The translations under genes and the position numbers were made by a program. The notes beneath the pieces were generated by a model. The model was not told where the DNA came from, made no database searches, and worked only from the letters and a program-made list of their open reading frames with translations. Positions 10,404 to 18,958 of a stretch of DNA of 64,000 nucleotides are shown one piece after another. The number at the start of each line of letters is the position of its first letter. The first letter of the stretch is position 1. The DNA is from an uncultured Methanosarcinales archaeon (lineage in GTDB: Archaea > Nanobdellota > Nanobdellia > Woesearchaeales > GW2011-AR9). The stretch spans positions 256,001-320,000 of the forward strand of contig CAYFMJ010000001.1 in NCBI GenBank assembly GCA_964344235.1, read 5' to 3'.

Positions 10404-10531
10404 GTGGGAAGACCCTACTCCGGAGACAAGAACCCCCTCACTCTGTAAGAGGAACCTTGTATCCTCCGCCTGGTCATGCCATCATTGTCTTTGACAATAA
10501 TGACATTGATGACACAGACGGGTCTTTCCAC
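10404..10531 (-). ncRNA. Candidate structured ncRNA (~128 nt three-way junction), family unknown
   Basis: A 12-bp terminal helix (10404-10415 with 10520-10531) encloses two long hairpins. Most non-canonical pairs in the arms are G-U on the minus strand but C-A on plus. It fills an ORF-free intergenic gap. Confidence 0.55.
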
Positions 10532-10592
10532 TCACCTAACGTTTCATAATCTTTAAAAGATTGGTTTTTGGCTAGGGTTTAGGGGGAAAACT

Positions 10593-12215
10593 ATGTCAAA
10601 TAATGTGCAACCGATTTTTATCATGCCGGAAGATACACAACGAACTACTGGAAAAGACGCGCAGCGCAACAATATAGCGGCAGCGAAAGCAGTAGCACAA
10701 GCTGTTCGGACAACTCTTGGACCAAAGGGAATGGATAAAATGATTGTTGATGCCGCTGGAGAAGTTGTAGTCACGAATGATGGGGTAACGATATTGCAGG
10801 AGATGCAGATTGAACATCCTGCTGCGAAGATGATTGTTGAAGTTGCGAAGACACAAGAAAATGCTGTGGGAGATGGTACCACAACGGCAGTTGTGCTGGC
10901 TGGGGAATTATTGAAGAAAGCTGAGGATTTATTGGATCAGGAGATTCATCCAACCGTTCTTGCGAAAGGTTATCGGTTGGCGGAAGTGGAAGCGCAGAAA
11001 GTGTTGCAGCAGATTGCCCGTGCAGTGAACCCGCAGCAACATGATGTGTTGAAGAATATTGCAATCACCGCCATGACTGGGAAAGGAGCAGAAGCAAATA
11101 AAGAGCAATTAGCTGAGTTGGTTGTGCAATCGGTTACAGACGTTGCAGATTCTTCTAATGAGTCTGTTACGGTGGATTTAGATAATATTAAGATTGAAAC
11201 GAAAGCAGGAGAGGCTGTTGATACTAGTACTTTGATTCGAGGGGTTGTGTTGGATAAAGAACGAGTGCATCCAACAATGCCAACGCAGGTGGAAAATGCA
11301 GCAGTGTTATTGTTGAATGCCCCTCTCGAAATTAAAAATACAGAGATCGATGCAAAGATTCAAATCACTGATCCGACACAATTACAAGCATTTCTTGACC
11401 AGGAAGAGAGAACGTTGCGAGAGATGGTTGAGAAAGTGAAAAGTGTTGGAGCGCGTGTTGTGTTATGTCAGAAAGGAATTGATGAGTTAGCGCAGCATTT
11501 CTTGGCGAAAGTGGGAATTCTGGCGGTGAGAAGAGTGCGCAAGAGTGATTTAGAAAAACTTGCAAAAGCAACTGGTGGGTCTATAGTGAATAATCTACGG
11601 GAATTGCAGTCAACAGACTTAGGGAGAGCGGGTTTAGTACGAGAGATAAAAGTTGGTGATGAAGAGATGATCTTCGTTGAACAATGTCCAAATCCAAAAG
11701 CCGTTACACTATTACTCCGAGGAGGAACAGAGCATGTTGCTGAGGAGATTAAGCGAGCCGTCACAGATGCGTTGGGGGATGTTGCAGCGGCTTTGAGAGA
11801 GGGAAAAGTTGTTGCAGGAGCAGGTTCTGTAGAGATGGAAATTGCAAAGGGGCTGCGGAATTATGCAAGACAGTTACAAGGGAGAGAACAATTGGCAGTG
11901 CAAGCATTTGCAGAAGCGATGGAAGTTATTCCAAGAACATTAGCAGAGAATGCTGGTTTAGATCCGATTGACGTGTTAACTTCATTACGATCAGTACACG
12001 ATCAGGGCCAAACGTGGTCAGGAATTAATGTGTTTACGGGGAATGTTATGGATGCGTGGCAGGAAGGAGTTTTGGAACCGTTGAAGATTAAGACACAAGC
12101 GCTTTCTTCAGCTGCTGAAGTGGCTGAAATGATTTTGAGAATTGATGATGTGATTCTTGGTGCGAGTAATGCAGCACCTCCTCGCATGCCACCGCAGGTG
12201 CAAGGGTTGATGTGA
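10593..12215 (+). CDS. ths: Thermosome subunit (group II chaperonin)
   Basis: [27 protein letters not shown] and IDD motifs; 540 aa. Confidence 0.97.
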   Translation: MSNNVQPIFIMPEDTQRTTGKDAQRNNIAAAKAVAQAVRTTLGPKGMDKMIVDAAGEVVVTNDGVTILQEMQIEHPAAKMIVEVAKTQENAVGDGTTTAVVLAGELLKKAEDLLDQEIHPTVLAKGYRLAEVEAQKVLQQIARAVNPQQHDVLKNIAITAMTGKGAEANKEQLAELVVQSVTDVADSSNESVTVDLDNIKIETKAGEAVDTSTLIRGVVLDKERVHPTMPTQVENAAVLLLNAPLEIKNTEIDAKIQITDPTQLQAFLDQEERTLREMVEKVKSVGARVVLCQKGIDELAQHFLAKVGILAVRRVRKSDLEKLAKATGGSIVNNLRELQSTDLGRAGLVREIKVGDEEMIFVEQCPNPKAVTLLLRGGTEHVAEEIKRAVTDALGDVAAALREGKVVAGAGSVEMEIAKGLRNYARQLQGREQLAVQAFAEAMEVIPRTLAENAGLDPIDVLTSLRSVHDQGQTWSGINVFTGNVMDAWQEGVLEPLKIKTQALSSAAEVAEMILRIDDVILGASNAAPPRMPPQVQGLM

Positions 12216-12256
12216 AGTTCAAAAGACTTTTAAACAAAATTTGTTTCTTATGATTT

Positions 12257-13726
12257 ATGTCCTTAACTAACCTTATTAGTATTTTACGTGTTCTGACCCT
12301 TCCAGCGTTGCTATACTTCTTAGGAAATGATTCGTTATTCTCAACGTTCTGGGCGTTGGTTGTTTTTTTTATTGCAGTCTTAACGGCAGTGGTTGATGAT
12401 ATTCTATTCTATAAACGAGGAAGATCGAAAGTAGGTTCGTTTCTTGATCCATTAGCGGATAAAATTGTCATTGTAGGGATGTTGTTATACTTCGTTTTAC
12501 AAGGAATGTTTGAAGCAGTTTATTTAGTCGTCTTCATTTTACGTGACGTTATTGTTGGTGTTACTCGTTTTGTGGCGAATAGAGATGGCATTATGGTTCG
12601 GGGGAGAAGGTTGTATGTGTTGCTCTTAACATACTCTCTGTTTGCAGTCATTGCGGGGTTGTTGTTGGAACATTTCTTCACATTTGAGGGTTTCACCGTT
12701 GGCGGGAGATTAATCTTTACGCAAACTATTATTCTCTTTTTCACATTTGTGGCGCTTATTGTTGCGTTTATTTCAGTGCTTCATCATTTATTGAGATACA
12801 GCCGAGGTGCTATGCGGCGGAGGCATTACAAAAGAGTTGCAAATAGAAATATGGTGGTGTTGGCGAATAAGCGATCTCGCGGATACCACGATGGGTACAG
12901 AAGAAGATTATTGAAACTGTTTGCCAGACGGCGGAACGCCCCGGTGATGTTTTTTCCCCATACAAGAAATATGTTCAAAGGGTTACGTAACAAAGTAGCC
13001 GGGAAGAATCGTATAGTTATTGCAGGTGGTGACGGATCATTTGAGAGTGCATTGAATTACAAACCGTTTCACAAGAAGACATTGGGATTCTTTCCATTAG
13101 GTGCCGGGAATGCATTCTATTCCCATTTCTACAAGGGTAAACGGTTCGAATATTTACGGTCGAGGTTCCAGTTTCATGAACAAGAATTAGACGTATTAGA
13201 AATGACTTGGGATAAAGGGAAGAGACAGACGTTATTTCTAAATATTGGTGGTGACGCAGAAGTTATGCACCATAGTGTGAAAAGAACACAACATGGATTG
13301 AGAGATTATGTAAAAGCCTGCTGGAAAGTTATAGTGGATGTTCCAGTACAGTATGATTTGAATTGTAGTGTCGATGGGAAAAAGTATAACTGGAAGAACT
13401 CAGTAAGTATGGTATTAGCTAAAGTCCCCTATTTAGGTTTTGGTATACGTTCCATACCCGGTGAAGTTGATTTAGGTGATGGGCAGGTTTATGGTGCTGC
13501 AGTTGTGAATACTCATTCTTCATTTTTTAACAAAGGGATAAGAATTTGGGCTTTATTGTTAGGGATGTTTAACATTGATAAATCACCATTTGTTTTATTA
13601 CAGGGTAAGAAAATTGTTATCAAAAGTAAGCACCCATTTCCAATTCAAGCAGGAGGGGAATTTATTGGGTATAGCAGGTCTCTTTCCGTGAAAGTTGTGA
13701 GGAAGCAGAAAGTATTGATGATTTGA
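12257..13726 (+). CDS. Fusion of CDP-alcohol phosphatidyltransferase-like (PgsA-type) and diacylglycerol-kinase catalytic domains
   Basis: N-terminal NLISILR, GSFLDPLADK and LRD..V in a TM bundle; C-terminal AGGDGS and PLGAGNAF (DAGK/YegS-type motifs). Confidence 0.8.
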   Translation: MSLTNLISILRVLTLPALLYFLGNDSLFSTFWALVVFFIAVLTAVVDDILFYKRGRSKVGSFLDPLADKIVIVGMLLYFVLQGMFEAVYLVVFILRDVIVGVTRFVANRDGIMVRGRRLYVLLLTYSLFAVIAGLLLEHFFTFEGFTVGGRLIFTQTIILFFTFVALIVAFISVLHHLLRYSRGAMRRRHYKRVANRNMVVLANKRSRGYHDGYRRRLLKLFARRRNAPVMFFPHTRNMFKGLRNKVAGKNRIVIAGGDGSFESALNYKPFHKKTLGFFPLGAGNAFYSHFYKGKRFEYLRSRFQFHEQELDVLEMTWDKGKRQTLFLNIGGDAEVMHHSVKRTQHGLRDYVKACWKVIVDVPVQYDLNCSVDGKKYNWKNSVSMVLAKVPYLGFGIRSIPGEVDLGDGQVYGAAVVNTHSSFFNKGIRIWALLLGMFNIDKSPFVLLQGKKIVIKSKHPFPIQAGGEFIGYSRSLSVKVVRKQKVLMI

Positions 13727-13728
13727 AC

Positions 13729-13767
13729 CACTAGCCACTGGACAAGTGCCAATAGGGGTTATAAATC
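13729..13767 (+). promoter_or_regulatory. Conserved LAGLIDADG upstream module, copy 1 (CACTAGCCACTGGACAA-N14-TATAAATC)
   Basis: The 17-bp and 8-bp blocks are identical to 21625-21587 (minus strand) at the same spacing. Confidence 0.8.
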
Positions 13768-13811
13768 CTTTTCTATTACTAAGTGTTCATATTTCTAATT
13801 AATCGGGAAAT

Positions 13812-14546
13812 ATGAAACTTAATAAAATGGAATGTGAAGATTTAGCCTACTGGGTTGGTGTTGCTCAAACTGATGGGTACCATAAAAAATACTTGCCAAA
13901 AAACCAAAATAATGTAACTCATTCCATGGTTCTACATGTGGGGTTCTGTTCAATTCCAATGCTTATTAAATTTAGGGAAATCTCAAGAAGCTTATTCCAA
14001 ATAAAAGGATCGACATATAGTGTTAACGGAAATAATTCCCTCGTCTTTAAATTTGGAATCACTAGGCTTCTTAATTTATTTAATGAACTTGACATTATTT
14101 TCTCCGACCCTCCACAACCACCTTTGTGGGTTATGAAGAATTCAACTTTCTTTGGGGCTTACTTGGCAGGGATTATTGACGGTGATGGGGATGTAAGGAT
14201 AAAACGACCGAGGTATCCTCAATGTGCAATAAGGATTAACTCAGGTTCTCCAGCAAACCATTTGTTAAGTGCAATCAAATCCAAACTTGGGATTGGGGCT
14301 TCACTTTCAACAAATCACCGTGATACGGTCTATCAAGGGAGGAGGATCATTGGACGCTCACATCGGCTCGAGTTTTATGTTTCGTCAAAGAATATTGATT
14401 TCTTTGAGCGATACGTTTTAGACCATTTAGCAATGGGGTACAAGAGGAAGAAAATTAGAGATTATGTCCAGGTCCGCAAAATCACGAAACATTTAAATAA
14501 AAAAATCTGGCTTAACGGAGCTTGCGGCGACCGTCGTATAAACTAA
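13812..14546 (+). CDS. Free-standing two-motif LAGLIDADG endonuclease family protein
   Basis: LAYWVGVAQTDG and GAYLAGIIDGDG motifs; no intein splice residues; not inside an intron. Confidence 0.85.
   Translation: MKLNKMECEDLAYWVGVAQTDGYHKKYLPKNQNNVTHSMVLHVGFCSIPMLIKFREISRSLFQIKGSTYSVNGNNSLVFKFGITRLLNLFNELDIIFSDPPQPPLWVMKNSTFFGAYLAGIIDGDGDVRIKRPRYPQCAIRINSGSPANHLLSAIKSKLGIGASLSTNHRDTVYQGRRIIGRSHRLEFYVSSKNIDFFERYVLDHLAMGYKRKKIRDYVQVRKITKHLNKKIWLNGACGDRRIN
14492..14499 (+). promoter_or_regulatory. TATA box for tRNA-His, inside the LAGLIDADG ORF
   Basis: TTTAAATA 26 nt upstream of the tRNA 5' end. Confidence 0.55.
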
Positions 14547-14640
14547 TCAACAATGTTGTTTAGATACTTTGGTTATTATTCCGGACTGTGGAATACTTTG
14601 CAGTCATCCGGGGACGCGAGTTCAATTCTCGCCGGTCGCC
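14526..14640 (+). tRNA. trnH: tRNA-His(GUG) with two introns (15/16: 14542-14569, 28 nt; 37/38: 14592-14605, 14 nt)
   Basis: Acceptor GCGACCG/CGGTCGC with G-1:C73, T-arm GCGAG-TTCAATT-CTCGC, anticodon stem CCGGA/TCCGG and spliced loop CT-GTG-GA. Both introns form BHB motifs. Confidence 0.88.
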
Positions 14641-14650
14641 CTCTTTTTTT
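14641..14650 (+). terminator. Oligo-T terminator after tRNA-His
   Basis: CTCTTTTTTT immediately after position 73. Confidence 0.55.
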
Positions 14651-14807
14651 ACAAAAGTATTAAATAAAAGCGGTTTTTTCTAGAGGTTATGACAACACAA
14701 ACCAGAGTTGATTGTATTCATTGTTCGCAATGATTTCTCTAGTTGTCAGTCTGTTTTTCTAAATCAAAATCATCATCGGTAGAGCAAATGCTCCACCCAT
14801 TTTTTAT

Positions 14808-14904
14808 GCTTGCGGTAGTGTTAGTGGTGAGCACGCACGACTGTGATGATATTCTTTTTCTTCATAGAACTCGTGAAGCAGGAGTTCGAATCTCCTCCGC
14901 AGGC
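14808..14904 (+). tRNA. trnH: Second tRNA-His(GUG)-like gene with a canonical 37/38 intron (14847-14869, 23 nt)
   Basis: G-1 plus CTTGCGG/CCGCAGG plus C73; D-stem GTGT/GCAC (one extra T); anticodon stem CACGA/TCGTG; BHB with helix CTGT/ATAG and bulges GA^T and AA^C; T-arm AGGAG-TTCGAAT-CTCCT. Confidence 0.75.
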
Positions 14905-14941
14905 CTGAGTCGTCTGGACTTAAAGCAGGGAGATTAAGAAA

Positions 14942-15926
14942 ATGCAAGAACAAACACAAACATCTGAACCAAGAGTTACAGAAGATATTGGAGGTGATTT
15001 ATCTAGCGTGAGCAAGATAGACCAAGATATTCATTGTCGGCATAGATGTATCAAAGAATAAGTATGCGAACTGTCAAATACCCTTAAACCTCTTCATGGG
15101 TTTTGGTTATAACCCGGATTTAGCGAGATTTGGTGAGAGACTTGATATCCTAAACTTTTTCTCTTGGATGAAAAGGCTTCAGAGATCATGGGGTTCCACA
15201 TGGACTATCTTTGATGCGAGCGGTTACGCAATAGTTAACAAAGCTCCACAGAAGAAGATAACGAAATTAGGTAGTAAACCAACGGGAGAACAGATTCTTG
15301 ATGCATTAATAAGTGAACAGGAGAGACCAAAACGGGCAGAAGTAATGAGAAACTGTGAACTGCGATCCCGATACCTACAGAAGTTGGTAAGCGTTGTTGG
15401 AGTCCAGGCTGATTACATTGATTCTCGGGAGGTGTTTAGAAGTTCCCAGCAATATAGAGCAGCATTAGATGTGGCCCTGGAATTTGTAGAGCGTCTAAAA
15501 GCCGAGAGCCCGGATCTTGTCCGTAGACTTTCCCCTCCAAATCCAAACCCTGCCAGCAAGCTGTATCTGCCTCTCGAAGTCGCTGAAGCAATTTACCTGT
15601 GGGAAATTGGAAAAGTGGCAGGAAAATTTGGGCCGACAGCTGAATTATACTTTGATCAAGCAATTCTTGGGGCTTTTGAGGACAACGCTCAACCATACGA
15701 AACATTTCGTTGCCCTTTTGGTCCGAGAAGACCAGGATACTTGAGTGACAGAAACGTAATCTGGACGCGCTCACCTGACTCATTTGTAGAAGAGATTTTA
15801 CAGACTGATTCAGAATATGGTTCTTTTGTTGCTCGGTATTTGGATCCGTTTAGGGAGCAAGGGGAACCGGTTAAAAGTTGTGCCATAAGAATGAGGGATA
15901 AAATGACGCTCATAGAGGTACTTTAA
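14942..15926 (+). CDS. Hypothetical protein with possible class I aaRS/CDPS-like fold; apparent frameshift near 15020 (intact ORF 15096-15926)
   Basis: ATG 14942 follows an SD-like AGGGAG but that frame stops at 15061. The downstream frame is open from 15021. A CAAGATA direct repeat sits at the junction. The fold call is weak inference. Confidence 0.6.
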
Positions 15927-15927
15927 A

Positions 15928-16608
15928 ATGAAAAAGTACAAAACTATGGGCATCCTGGGTGGTATGGGGCCCGAGGCTACTGCTGAACTCTATCTTCGGA
16001 TAGTGAGAATCTTTCAGAGGAAATATGGAGCCAAGTATGATGATGATTTTCCTGAAATTATTATCATCAACTTACCAATTCCCGATGTTGTTGAAGGCTT
16101 TACTGCCGAGCAAGAAATTAAAAAGATGCTTCTTGATGGCGTCAAAAAGCTAGAGGGAGCGGGAGCAGATTTTATTGCTATTCCTTGTAATACCGTTACG
16201 TATTATTTAGATGAGATACAAGAATCTGTTTCAATTCCCCTCTTGAGCATTTTAGAAGAGACTGCTAAAGAAGTTAAGAAGCAGGGCTTTCTAAAAATCG
16301 GTGTTCTTGGTACAGAGTTGACTATCAATAAGAACATTTATGGAGACACTCTTTGTAATGAAGAGCTAATCTACCCTACGCTCGAAGAGCAAAGGGGCAC
16401 TACGAGGGTAATAATGAACATTCTCTCAGGAGAAAAGAAGCTCGAGGATAAATGTTTTTTACTGAGTGTGATTAAAAACCTGAACGTTCGGGGGGCCGAG
16501 AAAGTTATCTTGGGCTGTACAGAGTTACCTCTGTTAGTTAATGGAGGGGATTTTTTTGACACTATTGAAATTCTTGCTAGGGCATGTGTTAGGGAGGTGA
16601 TGCTCTAA
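15928..16608 (+). CDS. Aspartate/glutamate racemase family protein
   Basis: GILGGMGPEAT, IPCNT and GCTELP, carrying both catalytic cysteines. Confidence 0.92.
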   Translation: MKKYKTMGILGGMGPEATAELYLRIVRIFQRKYGAKYDDDFPEIIIINLPIPDVVEGFTAEQEIKKMLLDGVKKLEGAGADFIAIPCNTVTYYLDEIQESVSIPLLSILEETAKEVKKQGFLKIGVLGTELTINKNIYGDTLCNEELIYPTLEEQRGTTRVIMNILSGEKKLEDKCFLLSVIKNLNVRGAEKVILGCTELPLLVNGGDFFDTIEILARACVREVML

Positions 16609-16673
16609 AGCTTTTGTTTTTCGTTCCCACAAAATTATATAAACAATAAAGTAATCATGGAGGATAATATACA

Positions 16674-17948
16674 ATGAAATTACAATTAGCGAAAGGGGTA
16701 GATGACGTTTCTCCGGAAGAGAAGATTCTGAAGAATAAAGTAGTGAATATTATTACGAACACGTTTGAGAGATATGGCTTCGCGCCATTGGAAACTCCTG
16801 CTATTGAGAGATACGAAACACTTGCAGCAAAATATGGGGCGGGTGTAGGGAGTGATGTGCTGAAAGAAACGTTCAAATTAACAGATCAAGGGAAGCGAAA
16901 GCTTGGTTTACGGTTTGAGCTAACGACTTCTTTAGCGAGATATGTGGCAATGAACCCAACGTTAAAGATGCCATTTAAGCGATATGAAGTTGGTAAAGTC
17001 TTCCGAGATGGACCCGTAAAACTGGGCAGGGTACGAGAATTCTGGCAATGTGATGCTGATACGATCGGAACGTCTTCAATGATTGCAGAGGCTGAACAGA
17101 TTGCAATTATTAGTGAAGTATTTACGACGCTTGGTTTTGCATATGTGATTAACATTAATAATAGAAAAATTCTGAATGGGATTTTGAATCAAGCTGGTAT
17201 TGAAAAGAAGAAAGAAGCGATTATTGCCATTGATAAGTTGGATAAAATAGGGGCAGCGGGAGTTAGGGATGAGTTGAAGAAAGAGGGTTATAGTAAAAAG
17301 CAAATTGATGGCGTTTTAGCTCTTGTTTCTAAAAGGATGAGAATAACTGAGTTACGTAAAAAGTTACGTGATGAAGAAGGTGTTGCCGGGTTGAATGAGT
17401 TACGGGAACTACAAACATATTTGAAGAGACTGTGTGTAAAGAATGTGCAATTTGATGTATCGATGGCGAGGGGTCAGGCATATTATACCGGAACGGTGAT
17501 TGAAGCGTTTTTCAAAAAGAGTTCCATTACCTCTTCTATTGCTGGCGGTGGTCGGTATGATGACATGGTTGGTGGTTTTTTGGGAGGAGGTAGAGTTGTT
17601 CCTGCTGTGGGAATTTCGTTTGGTATAACGCCTATTATGGAGCAACTCAAATTGCAGGGGGATGCTTCGGTAAAAACTCCAGCTCGTGTATTGGTGATTC
17701 CTATTAATACTGTTGAGGAATCTTTACAAATTGCCAAACAGTTGCGCGAAGCGAGTGTACCTACAGATTTTGCGTTAGGAAAGAAAGGTGTTTCAAAGAA
17801 TTTACAGTATGCTAATGCACTTGGTATTCCGTATGTTGTGATTGTTGGGCCTGATGAAGTGAAGAAGAACAAGGTGTTATTGCGGGATATGAAAACTGGT
17901 TCTGAAAGTTTGTTGAGTGTTTCGGGAGTGGTGAAGAAATTAGGATGA
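16674..17948 (+). CDS. hisS: Histidyl-tRNA synthetase
   Basis: KGVDD, LETP, GRVREFWQCDAD (motif 2), YYTG, GGGRYD and a C-terminal anticodon-binding domain. Confidence 0.95.
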   Translation: MKLQLAKGVDDVSPEEKILKNKVVNIITNTFERYGFAPLETPAIERYETLAAKYGAGVGSDVLKETFKLTDQGKRKLGLRFELTTSLARYVAMNPTLKMPFKRYEVGKVFRDGPVKLGRVREFWQCDADTIGTSSMIAEAEQIAIISEVFTTLGFAYVININNRKILNGILNQAGIEKKKEAIIAIDKLDKIGAAGVRDELKKEGYSKKQIDGVLALVSKRMRITELRKKLRDEEGVAGLNELRELQTYLKRLCVKNVQFDVSMARGQAYYTGTVIEAFFKKSSITSSIAGGGRYDDMVGGFLGGGRVVPAVGISFGITPIMEQLKLQGDASVKTPARVLVIPINTVEESLQIAKQLREASVPTDFALGKKGVSKNLQYANALGIPYVVIVGPDEVKKNKVLLRDMKTGSESLLSVSGVVKKLG

Positions 17949-18112
17949 ATCAGCAACAGAAATTAAAAGCGATCGGATATGTGTTCCTACTTATTTTAGT
18001 GTTAAATTTAGTGTTATTTGCGTTGAAGTTAATTACGACAATTGTGTTCTGGGCGATTATTTTAGTGGGTGCGTTGTTTGTGTATAAGATTCTCCCAAGG
18101 TTAAAGAAGTGA
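17945..18112 (+). CDS. Small two-TM membrane protein (55 aa)
   Basis: Not in the track. ATGA overlaps the hisS stop; MNQQQKLKAIGYVFLLILVLNLVLFALKLITTIVFWAIILVGALFVYKILPRLKK. Confidence 0.7.
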   Translation: MNQQQKLKAIGYVFLLILVLNLVLFALKLITTIVFWAIILVGALFVYKILPRLKK

Positions 18113-18158
18113 TTTTTTGTGGGATAAATATTTAATTAGGCACTAGTTTTCTCGCTAT

Positions 18159-18950
18159 ATGATCCGTGAAGAAAGATTGCTTGCTGTACAACGATGGCTT
18201 CAAAGCTATCCTGAAGTAATTTCTTTTCAAGAATGGAGCGGCCAACAATCTGTCCCTCTTGATAGGTTAGCATCAGCGATTAGACAAGCAGAAATAAATG
18301 GGATTATTGAGCCAGGACAAAGCTGTATTGATTTGGGGTCGAGCGTTGGAAATGCTGTTTTTCTCTTTGCTGCTGCGGGTTACTCTACGACGGGGTATGA
18401 GCTCTCAGAAGAGGCGATTACTATTGCACGTGAAAGAGGTGAATTGATACTTGAAGCAGAAGAGAGAGGCTTAGAGGTTGCAGAATTTTCATTTTTTCAT
18501 CAAAGTTATTTTCCGAGGGAATATATTGATTTTAGGAGTAGTGGTGATTCTTTAGCGGTAAGATTAGAGGCTGAGATCGAGGGGGGTTTAGTCTTTGACA
18601 AGCCGGGGGTGATAACTCCTGAACAGCTCGCTCATTACGACATTTTTTACACATTTCCATACGATGTGCAGATGCCTTCTATATTTGAACTGTTTGATTT
18701 ATATGCTAATGATGATGCAGTTTTGTTTGCTATAGAACATCAGAAAGATCATGTTGTTTATGATGCTCTTCGTGCATTTGGTGGTAGGGTCGTTCGTTTC
18801 TGCGACCCTGATATATTTGCAGGAGATAAAACAGCACAGGCTGAGATTCAGAAAAAAGCTGCCAAATTTGTGTGGCATAATCTCCGTTGTTATGTTAAGA
18901 AAGATTTTGACTATTCGAAAGCGGAAGAACGCGCCTTAAGATTGTTATAA
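18159..18950 (+). CDS. Class I SAM-dependent methyltransferase domain protein
   Basis: CIDLGSSVGN motif I followed by TGYELS motif II. Confidence 0.7.
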   Translation: MIREERLLAVQRWLQSYPEVISFQEWSGQQSVPLDRLASAIRQAEINGIIEPGQSCIDLGSSVGNAVFLFAAAGYSTTGYELSEEAITIARERGELILEAEERGLEVAEFSFFHQSYFPREYIDFRSSGDSLAVRLEAEIEGGLVFDKPGVITPEQLAHYDIFYTFPYDVQMPSIFELFDLYANDDAVLFAIEHQKDHVVYDALRAFGGRVVRFCDPDIFAGDKTAQAEIQKKAAKFVWHNLRCYVKKDFDYSKAEERALRLL

Positions 18951-18958
18951 TTCGGAAT

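Noticed and set aside
13734-13740. GCCACTG as part of a cobalamin riboswitch
   Set aside because: The other B12-box elements are absent, and the motif sits upstream of the TATA box, outside the predicted transcript.
14520-14527. GCTTGCGG before tRNA 1 equals the first 8 nt of tRNA 2
   Set aside because: Only 8 bp with no further similarity; it could be chance, so it cannot support a recombination or att-site claim.
14841-14870. Second tRNA read as Tyr(GUA) or Ser(GGA) by shifting the splice site
   Set aside because: Only the 37/38 cut gives a BHB; G-1:C73 and the short variable loop fit His.
15033-15056. IVGIDVSK resembling the IS110 transposase N-terminus
   Set aside because: The rest of the protein lacks the other DEDD motifs and the C-terminal domain.
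18139-18146. GGCACTAG half-site of the LAGLIDADG element before the methyltransferase gene
   Set aside because: Only 8 bp, downstream of the TATA box, with no CCACTGG core.
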